NCBI GenBank assembly: GCA_002633005.1
Contig: NMRA01000431.1
Span: 273,708 to 337,707, forward strand
Length of the DNA: 64,000 nucleotides
Source: Phoronis australis
Lineage: Eukaryota; Animalia; Phoronida
Direction of reading: 5' to 3'
A model generated the notes under the pieces. The model saw nothing but the letters and a program-made list of their open reading frames with translations. It made no database searches and was not told the origin of the DNA. Below, one piece after another: positions 12,650-24,496 of the stretch (the first letter of the stretch is position 1; each line of letters starts with the position of its first letter). The translations under genes were made by a program, and so were the position numbers.

Positions 12650-12877
12650 GTTAGTTGTTTCCGTTAGATTAAATAGTGGTATTTTATTTCCTACATTTAC
12701 TTCAACTTAAGCCAATACTCAGCTTAGGGTTAGTTTACCAATTATGTCAGGATAAATTTAATAGTATGTTTTATTGGCTATAGCTAAATTACACGTACGC
12801 CTGAGAAATATGAAACGTTCCTAAGTTACTGATAACCTGAACATTTTCGTTTAACAGTTTAACTCTATGCAGCAGAC

Positions 12878-12958
12878 GTGTGTGTGTGTGTGTGTGTGTT
12901 TGCGTGTGCGTGTGCGTCTGCGCGCGCGCGCGTGTGTGTGTGTCAGTGTGTGTGCGTG
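12878..12958. repeat. (GT)n/(GC)n compound microsatellite in gene B intron 1
   Basis: Alternating purine-pyrimidine tract, directly visible. Confidence 0.95.
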
Positions 12959-13053
12959 TTGTTTCAGCGATACTTTTTAAGCTTTGATTTTGCATTCAAA
13001 ATCACGATGAAGCTGGCCATAGCACTGCTTACAGAACTTGCGTTCTTCTTCAG

Positions 13054-13983
13054 GAGTACAGAAATCCTTTGGTAGAACTCAAAGTGATATCAACAAAGTT
13101 AGCAAAACACGTGGCGTTGCTATTCTACAGTCTGAACTAAAAGGTGCAACGGTGAGCCAGCCTAATATAAAGTTAGGAAGGAGTGCTGAAGACCAGCCTA
13201 AGAGCTTGCCTAAAACAAAGAAAGCAAACCCCAAGTCGGAAATTTCTGATGAACGCCAAGGGGCGTCTGCATTGACACCAGAGAACCTGCCGCATCTTTC
13301 TAGATTGAGTTTGTTTAATAAAGGACATTTTCCTACACTGGGTAACAAGATGACGTCAGATACTTTGTCTGCCATAAGCTCGAAGTGTGGGGCTGGCTCA
13401 GAAGGCCAAATGCCCAGCAATATGTCCGAGACGGTAATTCAAAAAGCCATCTCGGTTGTTCACAACATGGAGTGCTATCTTGAGCAGATTGCAGAGTTGA
13501 CAAATATGAACAACTCGGACCACATGTCATTTAAATGCTTCTTGAGAAATGTTCAACTATACGAGCAGTACATCCCAGTCAAGACGAGGCAAGATGGTTG
13601 CCCGGAAGTCATTCCTCTTTTCACGGTTTTCCTCTACGCTAAAGTGATTGATAACTTGATCGTTGGCTCGGCGGAAAGTGATTTTCGCTTCGTCACCTGG
13701 GACTTAGCAAAGGATGCGTTAATGGACAGCGTCGCCGCCATACTAGGGAATGCAACGGGGTCTGTTTTGTTGACCGTGGACAACAACAAGCCCTCAACCA
13801 ACTGCGAGTTAAACAGCGACGTGCTGGATAAGTATTGTGATGTGTTGTCGCGATTTTTCGCGTACGTCTCGGGAGTGGATTTCGACGAAGTTCGCCACTT
13901 GTTTGCTTTAGAAGAAAATGCCATATTTGGTATCCAACGCAAACTGGATACGGTTAATTTATGTAAAGATGACGAGCAACAAG
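13054..13983 (+). CDS. Gene B exon 2, uncharacterised protein (PLFxVxLYxK block)
   Basis: 319-aa ORF. Acceptor TTCTTCTTCAG, donor CAAG/GTATAG, 930 nt, phase 1 to 1. Confidence 0.8.
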
Positions 13984-14138
13984 GTATAGCATATTAATAT
14001 TCTTTTTATAACAAACTAAATAGTGCTACACAGTAAAAAACACGGTTGTTGTCGTCCCACATATTCTGGGAACTAATTGCAAATTGTTCGCTCATGCTAC
14101 GCTAAATCGAAAACCAACCACGTTTTCAATTTTCTTAG

Positions 14139-14644
14139 ATATACAAACTGACGTAGCGCCATCGTCATGTAACATACCAAAAGCTCATGGCGCTCAGGAC
14201 CCTAGAAGAGGTCACAGTGGAAGCGTCAATGACGACATTTTGGAATCGCTTTCTAACAGGGCATTGTCCTCGGGGAATATTCTTAAGATCTCCGATAAGC
14301 GTTCTGGTTTCCAAGCCACCGATATTGACAAAGACTGGCCAAGTATTCATCGATATATAAACGAAAACAAAGCCATATTTCAAGACTTCTTGTCCAAGTC
14401 ACCAGCAGAAGCAGGTCACGTGCAATTTACCGCGCCGTGGGACATGATTCGACGACTAGAACGAGTCGCTTGCGTCATCACCAACACGGTGTTACAGAAG
14501 GAGTCACGACTGGTGAAGAACAGGCTTCGCGTGATTGACTTCCTGCTTCAGAAGCAGCAGCTTGACGGCCCCATGAAGTTCTTTGATGAGAAGTATGGTG
14601 ATCCAGAGACTACCATGGCCGTTCTACTAACGACTCTCCAGCAG
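14139..14644 (+). CDS. Gene B exon 3 (HxxFxxPWD block)
   Basis: Acceptor TTTTCTTAG phase 1, consensus donor CAG/GTAAGG phase 0. Within the 198-aa ORF. Confidence 0.8.
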
Positions 14645-15413
14645 GTAAGGGATGTTTGCCAAATGGTGTTAAAAGATTAGAACATTGTTTTTGCCTGTTC
14701 AGTGAAAAAAGTAACATGTACACGACAATTAAACCTTCAGAACAACAAATGACTGTTTCATAAGCAAGTTTTCATGTATCAAATGCTTGAAGACACATTT
14801 AGCCACACAAGAAAAATGAAGTTGCCCCATGACATGGCCAGAGGATGAAGACTAAGGAGATGTCCCGTGGTCTTTACTACATGTTGGTAAACTGCATTTG
14901 ACCGAATTGGGACCATCAAAATTGTTTAGTTTGCTTTAAAAACATAATTTATTAATTGGTCAATGTAGTCTCAGTCACAACGTTTATTACCGGTGCCGAA
15001 CCTAACTTCTTTTTTCCGCACTCTCGCGAATGTGCGACTTTCTTGGTTTGTAAAGTGTTGAACCTCGGCTTATTAAAATTGTTTTGATATACTGTTTGAA
15101 TTTATAAAACAAACTCAAGTGTCGTAAACAATTAATGCTATCTGGAGTTAGATTTTTTGATGGGAGAAGCCATGCCCAACACAATGACAACTGATCATCA
15201 TATTGTTGACAGTGACGGTATGTTAGTAACACCAAGGTAACCCTCGATACGATCTCGAACAGTGGACAAAAAACGAGAGGGAGCCGCCCTTATCATTGTA
15301 CAGTCCGAGTAAGATACCCGTACACGTGTTGCACCCGAGACAAGTTTTGGCTAAGATTCACCGTTTCCTTACATCCCCATCCTATTTCACTAATAGACTT
15401 AGTATGTTTTAAC

Positions 15414-15465
15414 ATTCGTAGACCTCAGAGCTCTTCTTAAAAGTAGAGCTCTGAGGTCTACGAAT
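15414..15465. repeat. Perfect 21-bp inverted repeat with 10-nt loop (mini-MITE-like)
   Basis: ATTCGTAGACCTCAGAGCTCT-tcttaaaagt-AGAGCTCTGAGGTCTACGAAT. Confidence 0.9.
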
Positions 15466-15870
15466 TAGTTTGGCGTCACGCGGGTTTTATCTAAACTATA
15501 AGTAACGCGGTCACAGTGTGCGACTTGTCCCAGGGCTGTACATCAGTGGTAAAATATCATCAAGGAGTCGGTGACTGCGGTTTCTTTGCGAAAGTTATCG
15601 AAGAATAAATGTTTTGTTTTCAATCAGGAGGGACCCTGCGGTATGAACGGATATGTAATTACGAATGAGAGAAGAATGGATTAACCATTGATTTTATCAC
15701 CAGGGTCCCTCTTTCAGACAGGATGCACAATTCCAAAACACAGGATAAGAACAACAGCAATTCAGATTTTATCATGCCGCTCCCTCCGAGAACGGTCCCT
15801 TCAAGTGAAAGGATCTACAATTAAAAACAGTAAGAGAGCAGTTGTTGATGTCATGCTCAGGGCTCCTGTC

Positions 15871-15968
15871 TAGGGGCTCCCTTCAAGAGGGGGTCGCCTT
15901 CAAGAGGGGGTCGCCTTCAAGAGGGGGTCGCCTTCAAGAGGCGGTCGCCTTCAAGAGGGAGCTCCTTA
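15871..15968. repeat. 17-bp tandem repeat (about 4.7 units) inside short inverted ends
   Basis: (CCTTCAAGAGGGGGTCG)n bounded by AGGGGCTCCCT / AGGGAGCTCCT. Confidence 0.9.
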
Positions 15969-16629
15969 GCGCGAAAGGAATAGGTATCACTCATTAGTTT
16001 CTTTTTGAACCACAGCTGAATTTGCCTCACAGTTTCATTAAAAATTGGCGCCTGCTGGCTTTGCTGAGCATTTTATGTTTTTTTGCTGCACGTGAAAGCT
16101 GCGAATGGAATATGCTTCATTTTTGAATTTGTTTTGAATCACAGGCGCTTGGGTTTATCGCAAATGACGTCACTCAGTAATATATATAAGAAAACATAAA
16201 GGTTGGACACTTAAACTTTGCCAAGCCGAGGCTCCCAACTTCAACCGTCCAAAATCCAAATAAAATCTGCTTGCACCTTCCTCAGTCTGGTGTTGCATAA
16301 ACCTTCGAAGCCTTATCTTTCCTAGATCCCATTAACTGTCTTCGTGAGTGGTGAATTGGCGATGGAATTTCCAAAACAATCTCAAAACTCTGAATTCAAG
16401 GACCTGAAATAGTAAACATGGCGGATTTCAGTTGTGCTTCAACTTGTACGCCTGACGTAGGTGAAACTTCGAGTTTGAGCAAGCAACCTATATTTCAAAT
16501 TCAATTACTCTAATCCAAAACTCAACTAATTGAGAATGATAAAGTTAGTATTTTAATGATTATTTGTAACTTTATTCCACTGACGGCTCATTTTAGCTCA
16601 TTTTAGCTCTTAACTTAGAATTTTATTGC

Positions 16630-18061
16630 ATAAATATAGATTATTACATGGCGAAGTCGTTATCCCCCGTTATCTAGAGCACGAGTGGATTTTGGAGAAT
16701 TATCGCCCGAGGGGCGTCAGCCCCGAGGGTGATAATTCTCCAAAATCCACGAGGGCTCTAGATAAGGGGGATAACGGCTGAGAACATGTAATAATCTATT
16801 TATACCACATACTAAACGAGAAACATTGCAATGAATCGATTTACCTTTTCTGACTCTCCACGGCTTTGTAACTACTTTCTATGTCAGAGGCCCGGGGTCG
16901 GAGGTCGTGACCTTTTAAGAAAAGCCCGGCTATTTTTGTCAAATAATGCTTNNNNNNNNNNNNNNNNNNNNNNNNNNNNNNNNNNNNNNNNNNNNNNNNN
17001 NNNNNNNNNNNNNNNNNNNNNNNNNNNNNNNNNNNNNNNNNNNNNNNNNNNNNNNNNNNNNNNNNNNNNNNNNNNNNNNNNNNNNNNNNNNNNNNNNNNN
17101 NNNNNNNNNNNNNNNNNNNNNNNNNNNNNNNNNNNNNNNNNNNNNNNNNNNNNNNNNNNNNNNNNNNNNNNNNNNNNNNNNNNNNNNNNNNNNNNNNNNN
17201 NNNNNNNNNNNNNNNNNNNNNNNNNNNNNNNNNNNNNNNNNNNNNNNNNNNNNNNNNNNNNNNNNNNNNNNNNNNNNNNNNNNNNNNNNNNNNNNNNNNN
17301 NNNNNNNNNNNNNNNNNNNNNNNNNNNNNNNNNNNNNNNNNNNNNNNNNNNNNNNNNNNNNNNNNNNNNNNNNNNNNNNNNNNNNNNNNNNNNNNNNNNN
17401 NNNNNNNNNNNNNNNNNNNNNNNNNNNNNNNNNNNNNNNNNNNNNNNNNNNNNNNNNNNNNNNNNNNNNNNNNNNNNNNNNNNNNNNNNNNNNNNNNNNN
17501 NNNNNNNNNNNNNNNNNNNNNNNNNNNNNNNNNNNNNNNNNNNNNNNNNNNNNNNNNNNNNNNNNNNNNNNNNNNNNNNNNNNNNNNNNNNNNNNNNNNN
17601 NNNNNNNNNNNNNNNNNNNNNNNNNNNNNNNNNNNNNNNNNNNNNNNNNNNNNNNNNNNNNNNNNNNNNNNNNNNNNNNNNNNNNNNNNNNNNNNNNNNN
17701 NNNNNNNNNNNNNNNNNNNNNNNNNNNNNNNNNNNNNNNNNNNNNNNNNNNNNNNNNNNNNNNNGGCTTTTCTTAAAAGGTCACGACCTCCGACCCCGGG
17801 CCTCTGACATAGAAAGTAGTTACAAAGCCGTGGAGAGTCAGAAAAGGTAAATCGATTCATTGCAATGTTTCTCGTTTAGTATGTGGTATAAATAGATTAT
17901 TACATGTTCTCAGCCGTTATCCCCCTTATCTAGAGCCCTCGTGGATTTTGGAGAATTATCACCCTCGGGGCTGACGCCCCTCGGGCGATAATTCTCCAAA
18001 ATCCACTCGTGCTCTAGATAACGGGGGATAACGACTTCGCCATGTAATAATCTATATTTAT
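16630..18061. mobile_element. Nested foldback element with about 297-bp identical inverted arms around the assembly gap
   Basis: 16630-16926 is the reverse complement of 17765-18061. Each arm begins with an internal hairpin of about 170 bp. Confidence 0.7.
16952..17764. other. Assembly gap (813 N)
   Basis: Run of N. Confidence 1.
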
Positions 18062-19699
18062 TTGGCAATAAAGTGCTCTCTGCTTCCTGTAATAATCTAT
18101 ATTTATTTGGCAATAAAGTGTTCTCTGCTTCTCATGATCAAGTGGTCGATGATTGACGGCGAAAGCCGCGCGAAATTAGACTTTCGGATTTAGCTCGGGA
18201 GCGTCCGTCAAAACCCGAATGTGCGAAGACCGTCTGCCATGACATCACGGAATTAGGTCCTTGAATTTGTGATTTTGGCATTCTTTTGGCATTTTTGTCG
18301 CCAAATCACCACTCGAAGGCAATCTGAAGAGATCAAATGAAAGAAGGTATTCTAAGAGTTGTTCGATGCTAGTTTCGTGGAGTTCCATGCACATTTGAGT
18401 AGAAAATTTTTAGGAAACAGATTTCGAGTGTCCAACCTTTATGTTTTCTTATATATATTATTGAGTTACGTCATTTGCGATAAACCCAAGCGCCTGTGTT
18501 TTGAATGACTGGAAAAAGTCATTGTCAGAATTTGGCTCCTTGAACCAATTTTTGCTTAGTCGAGGGTCTTCTTAAACCACGGGGGCAGATTGACAGGAAA
18601 TACAATTTCAAAAAGAAACCAATGAAAGAGCGGAAACTAATGTAGTGATTGAGTTGCCCCTGATATAAAGGGAAATATTTCAATTGCAAAAATAAAAGAG
18701 CAGTTGAAGCTTTTGTCGCCCCCCCTCGGGGACCAGCGCCATTTCATGGATGTATGACTAACATAAAGCTGAAAACTGTCAGCTTCGTATTTTTGAATAT
18801 GACATTAACATGCATATATTTGCGCTAAATTAAATTTAACTTGTTAAATGCATTTATCGGCATTATTTTAATATGTGTCACTTTATTTTGATATCAAATG
18901 AATCCTTAGGGTTTATTTTTCATTACTCATCTCTATTCATAGCCTCAAGGTTCTACTTTTGTATTCATACATTTCTCTATGCAACACCTGATTGGTCGCC
19001 CATATTTCCTTTGTTCAGTTCAACGTGGTTTAGCTTATTCAGCCACCTACCTCGTCGTCTACAAGACCTACGTTCGTTCTCTCGTTGTTTTCCACCTCCC
19101 CATCCCGGGTGTCTGTTCCATGTTTTTCTTTTGATCATATACATTACCTGTTAGGTATTTTCAAGTTTTGTGTTCATGTTCTGTACTTTTTCATTAGGCC
19201 CTTCTGACAGTTCTTTTGTTTTGGTTCCCTCTTTCAGGGCTATTCATTGTACACGCAGGTGGGCGTTTTTTTCCATGCAGAGTCTTATTTAGTTCTATCT
19301 ATTTACGTCATAATAAATGACATTATTCGCAATCCTCCTCTTGTTTTACTCAGCGACATAGCTCGTGGCGTACCCCGGGCAAAATAGATTACGATAAAAA
19401 GCTTGCACTATCAGAATTTCTCAGTCAGACTTTTGAAAGTGAAGTCCATCTTGGACAGCTGCATGTCGGCTACCAGAGCGCGTTACCTGTGATCTCTCAC
19501 TACGGTTCACTTAGCCAATGTTTTGGCGATGTTTGTTATTTGCGGTGCATATTGCATAATAACAACTTAGCGCATGGGCTCGCGGAGAACGGACAACAAA
19601 GTGACTTGATAAGCTGGACATTCAAATGGTACTGAACTTACAAGGATTGCATCAGTTAGTGGCGATACTGGATTTCAACACTCAGACTTTGGTTTGTAG

Positions 19700-19858
19700 G
19701 CGGTCGAGCAAGCTTTGGACGAAGAAATGGAAAAATTTGAAGCGAGTGAAAGAAAAGTACACCCCGGCGACAAGGAGGCCGTTGCTAGTGACAAATCTGA
19801 GGACGCTGTCAAGGGACAAACTTCCCAAAAGCAACGTGAACATGGTAACAAAAAGTAA
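19700..19858 (+). CDS. Gene B probable last exon (AVEQALDEEMEKFEASERK...GNKK*)
   Basis: Acceptor TTTGGTTTGTAG, phase 0 matches the 14644 donor. The four-exon model totals 1737 nt (578 aa plus stop). Confidence 0.6.
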   Translation, partial: AVEQALDEEMEKFEASERKVHPGDKEAVASDKSEDAVKGQTSQKQREHGNKK

Positions 19859-20040
19859 ATGTAGTGCTCTTAAATACACGTGTTGAGCTTCTTATCTCCG
19901 TGTATATTGTTACGGGTTTTGTACAGAACACAAATCCTGGGTTTCTACAAAATTTATTAACCTGACATAGGTGCACAGAAATACAGTTAATTTACTATGC
20001 TGACACGTGGTGACATCTAGCTAATGACATTCACTTTCTT

Positions 20041-20042
20041 GC

Positions 20043-20076
<34 letters not shown>
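20041..20076. repeat. (CA)n microsatellite
   Basis: Directly visible. Confidence 0.95.
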
Positions 20077-20078
<2 letters not shown>

Positions 20079-21249
20079 TCAAACTAAACAACTGCATAGG
20101 GTCATCGGTGATGTAACACATTATGTAGGTAAGTGCCACGCTGATTCTGCATAGTCCACTACAAACAATTGTCTGGTACTTGATCCTTTCGCCTGAAACT
20201 TTTCATGCTCACCTCTAACATTAAAATTTACTTTGCCTACTAACTGTGATGTACACGTGAGCATCAAGTGACACATTTAACTAACTAAACATTATTTTCA
20301 CAATGACGTCAGCACTGACGAAAGTGGTAATCATCCGAACCTGAAAATTGTTAATCTTGAGATTAATATTTTTCACCTTGGTGTTTAACAAAAATGAAAA
20401 GGAAAATGTCACATTCTTTGATTTTACCAAAACTCGTTCTTTCTTGAATTTTATCCACAGCAGAAAATGCGGCGTAACAGTGTCCAAACTTGGTACATTC
20501 ATGCTATTTCTCTACCCATGTGTGCAATATAAAACATCACAATTTTCACTAAAAACTAATTGTCGTAACAACATCCGTAATACAAAATGCTTATAAACAT
20601 GACAACTATTTAGGTTAAGGTTGTACGAAGCCGATCTGTGGCCGCCATTAATGGAAGTTTAATTAAAATTTTTGATCGAAGTTATGAAGGTTTTCGTGTT
20701 TTTTTTCTATCGTAAGCCTAACTACTGAACAGTTACAGATAAACGAGTCTACAATACAATATCTTTGTTGTCCTGCATATTTTTAATTACCTGAAAAAAC
20801 ATGCGCTATTTGTTTTGCACGTTTTTGATTTTTTATCTGATTGCTTAGCCGCTCTTAAGAACGCCATTCAATAAAACGGTTCACAGGTTTCATTGTTGTA
20901 CTTTTAAGAGATATGAATCCGTGACTAAAATTGTCTTAGTGCCAACAAAAATTGTCTTAGTGCCAACATAAATTCCCCCACCTTTCAAAAAATGGAAGGA
21001 AATGCAATACTGTAAAATGAGCATGAACTGATATTAGTCCTACATATTGACCCCCCTCCCTGCCGTCATTAGCTTCAACACTTACTGAGAGTCGCCGCAA
21101 ACGCTAGTAAGTTTCCACCTGCTAACAAATTGTTCACCCATGTCGATGTTAACCTTCCTTGCAAATTCATGTTGAATAAATATGAAAGAACGGACTATTG
21201 ACATGTTTACAGAAATTTCGCGCAAAGAAAAGTGGGAGGTGTCAGTTTA

Positions 21250-21503
21250 CATACGCGCACCCAGCCTTTAACATGGGGGGAGGGCTCGAATTTCTGGCGA
21301 TGTGGACCTTTTGCTGACAAAAAAGCGGGAGGACTAGAAAAAAACAGGATACCACCTTCATTGTGCGTCTGTGCCTTTTCAGTGGACTTTTGTCTCGTTT
21401 TCTCGGACTTCTCAGAAGCGGACCTTTTTGCCCACTTCACCAAATGGGGGGGAGGGGAGGGGCTCGTTCGAGCCCCTCGAGCACCCCCCTGGGTGCGCGC
21501 ATG
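21250..21503. mobile_element. MITE with 5-bp TSD GTTTA (hAT5-like)
   Basis: TIR CATACGCGCACCCAG / CTGGGTGCGCGCATG; GTTTA at 21245-21249 and 21504-21508. Confidence 0.8.
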
Positions 21504-21519
21504 GTTTAACTCTTGATCA

Positions 21520-23185
21520 TAATTTCTGAGGCATTTTGGGAGATAACCTAAGTGCAGACTCCAATACGTGAGCCTTGAGGTTGAACTTCCTGATCGTAGT
21601 GTTTTGGTGGCTTGTAAACTTTTGGAGTGTGAACCTAACATTTCAGTGTATGCTAGATAGGTACCTGGATTTGCAGGACCCTGCTTGTGAATTTAAACTC
21701 CCGAACATAGATCTCTGTGATACCCCAACGCTTTGGTTAGACGGGTTCGTTTGCCGATATATGACCCTACAAGCCCAGTCCCTAAACAGCAAGGCCCCGT
21801 TCGTTGGACACTTTACCTGCTCTTGTACACATTCGTCAGGCATTTGCCCTCCTGCTCCACAAGTCAGTTGTTGCTGGCGTGCTACGTACTAAATTACATT
21901 TGCCACGTTTAGTGTTGCGTAGCGTGAGTTGCTGTGTCGACCATTACCTCAGCAGATTTAGTGAACCGGGTAAAGTTCCATGCACGTGCAATGGATGTCT
22001 CAACTCAAAGTTTTTGGCAGACGTTTTAAAAAGTTGGTACATTATTTTTCATTTTTACTTTTGTCTTTTGTTATCGCTAAAGGCCCAGTCAGACTTATTA
22101 AATATCGATCAGAATCAACGGGTTTGAATTGTTTTAAATTCATGCCGCATTCGGTTGGAATTTCATTTTGATAGACATTCTCCCACCTAGGCTGTCAAAT
22201 ACATAGATTCCTAGGCATTCCAGAAACATTGCCTTTCGGCTGCAATTCATTTGTTGTTGGAAACAGAATGCACTTCGAATGCCATGCCGTTCGATTGCTG
22301 CCTGAATACCACCCAAAGTTTGGTTGGAGGCTGCCGCCTGCCCCCTCTTGAGGTTTTTGGACTAAGCAGTTTCAATTGGAGGAAGGCCATCATTACTGAC
22401 GGACTGTTTTTCAGAAAGATGGACCTCAGCAACTATCCATCTGAGGAAGCAGAGAGTTGTAGAATAACTAGCTGTCATACTTAGAAGCTAGCAGACGCTG
22501 GCTTTTCGGTGGCTTTTTCGTTTGTGCTGGTGCTGGAGTTCCTGATCTCGGCACGAAGCAAGAAAATTAGGAATTAAAGCTTTTGAAATTTTTAAAACGA
22601 GGAACAAAGGTTGACATATAAATGCAGACTAGACTAAATTTCCAGCGGCAGCTAGCAGGGTTATGCTTTTCTTTGGTGTTCTGAATTAAGCTACGACGCA
22701 AGAAGGTTATTCTGGAATTTTCGCCTTCAATCAATGTGTAGTCGAGCGGCAAGCGAAATATTCAGACGTCATTCGAAGTGTCCTCCAGCTTAACTATTTT
22801 AACGTAGATTCCGCCATCAATTAACATACACTCGAAATGCACATTCGGGACAGTTTGGGAGGATTTGAAGTGACTCGCCATTTGTATTTTTCCTCTAACG
22901 CGATCAGATTGTTTCGAAATGCTATTAAAAGGCCGCAAAACTATTTAGAATGCACGCAGGGTACACTTCGTTTGCCGTTTCTCCTCCTCAGTCCTTTTAA
23001 TGCACTTCCAATGTTTTAAACGTGAACAGCATATTCGGGCTGGCCACAAGATTGAACCCGAATGTTTGGAATGCACTCAGAATGCTGTCAGAATACTTAA
23101 AATACATTTAGAATATCGCGGAATTTACGAAGTGTTTTCAGTCCGACGGCATTCCGGCTCATTCCGCCTCCAGTGTGACTACCCT
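21520..23185. mobile_element. Degenerate PIF/Harbinger-like relic (left end not found)
   Basis: Right end reads AGGGTAGTCACACTGG on minus, next to TAA. Subterminal CATTC/GAATG repeats at 22840-23170. Broken plus-strand peptides RHFGR*PKCRL...VLVACKLL and DHYLSRFSEPGKVP resemble a Harbinger transposase C-terminus. Confidence 0.45.
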
Positions 23186-23274
23186 TTAATGGAGGACTAG
23201 AGGGAGCAGCCATGACAGCAACAGAACATATGGTTGCAGCTTGACGAAGTCAGTGCTGTTGACACATTTCCGAT
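23186..23274 (-). CDS. ACHE: Acetylcholinesterase terminal exon, Cys plus hydrophobic GPI-type signal (DRKCVNSTDFVKLQPYVLLLSWLLPLVLH*)
   Basis: Acceptor TTATTTTACAG, phase 1 matches the 24497 donor. Three-exon total is 1779 nt. Confidence 0.7.
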
Positions 23275-24496
23275 CTGTAAAATAATGAAGCCCGTTAGTC
23301 ACCTTGGCAGAGGTAACATATTCAACAGCAAACAAAATCAAGATCATGGTGAGAACAGTGCCTGCAACATTAAATACATGGGCATCTTGAATGGCGCTGT
23401 GTACGTTCGGAATATGCGAGGATTTATGGACTATAAGGGCAGCGCCCTCTTTGGTCCATTTGTGCAAAATATGTGTACAGTGATTCTTCACTTATTTAGC
23501 ACACAATATGGCCGACAAGTGAAATTCTATTTATACAAAACTAACTGCAAAAAGAAATATAGTCTATTCCTAGCCTGGTCTGTCCTGTGTTGATGGCATG
23601 AAACGGGATTTGGTGAAGTTTCCATCATTCGTAGCAAAGTAATCGGTAAATGGAAAATGACAATTTTGACAATTATTTTTAAGCGAAAGAAGTGGAGAAT
23701 TACCATACTTGTTGATGTGAATGTGAATATTCTTTCGTCCATGTCACATATTCATATCCAACAAGGAGAAGTCATAGGAAAAGCTCTGGTAGTGTCTGAG
23801 AAACAAGGATGGCTTCATTGTGCATTCAAACAACGCCTTGCAGTTGTGCATTTTTCATGCGTGAAACAAGTTACTTCGTGCCTCAAAATTCTTACCACGA
23901 AGCTGAACCTATACATCCACTGCAAACATTTACCACGCACCGAAATCTTACCACGGAACCTGAAATACAACTACACACACACCACGGAAAAATAAAGCAA
24001 GGCAGTGCGCTAACCGATCACCGAAGGCCACAGCCCTATAGTCTGGAAGATTTGCTATTTTGTCCTAAGTGAATGATATTTAGTTGCAAAGATTTATATA
24101 CGACAATATTCGTGTTTATTATTTAATAAATATCAATATTATTATTTAACTTAGAGGTACGCATTACGGTTGATTTTGGATTAGAAGCATTAAATTTTTT
24201 ACACGCTGTTGTTGTCCAAACTATGCCAGAGTATCGGCACGCGATACGCGATGTATTGTTATTCTGCGACTCACGCAATGCATGAAAACTGAGTCGCGCA
24301 CTTTGGTCACTTGCATTGAAAGTTGTCCGTGGTAAGTTTGCCTGCTATGTGGTTGGAGTTCGGGTTCGGCGGAGTATGCTGCCCGTGGTTAATGCTGCTC
24401 ACCCGCTTGTTTTTACTCTTTGACTAGAACATATCTACCATTTTGAAAATACACTGGTGTTAATTTTCACCAATTAATCATTTTGTCTGAACAAAC

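Larger units (their letters stand above)
16140..18498. mobile_element. Non-autonomous TIR element with 8-bp TSD (CACAGGCG ends; Zisupton- or P-like, unassigned), copy 1
   Basis: TIR of about 70 bp CACAGGCGCTTGGGTTTATCGCAAATGACGT...; TSD TTTTGAAT at 16132-16139 and 18499-18506. Related copy at 55459-56460. Confidence 0.85.

Noticed and set aside
16831-17860. 339-aa and 276-aa ORFs, with identical termini on both strands
   Set aside because: Artefacts of translating through the N gap and the inverted repeat.
19682-19879. Hydrophobic minus-strand ORF as an alternative AChE tail
   Set aside because: Better explained as the antisense of the Lys/Glu-rich last exon of gene B.
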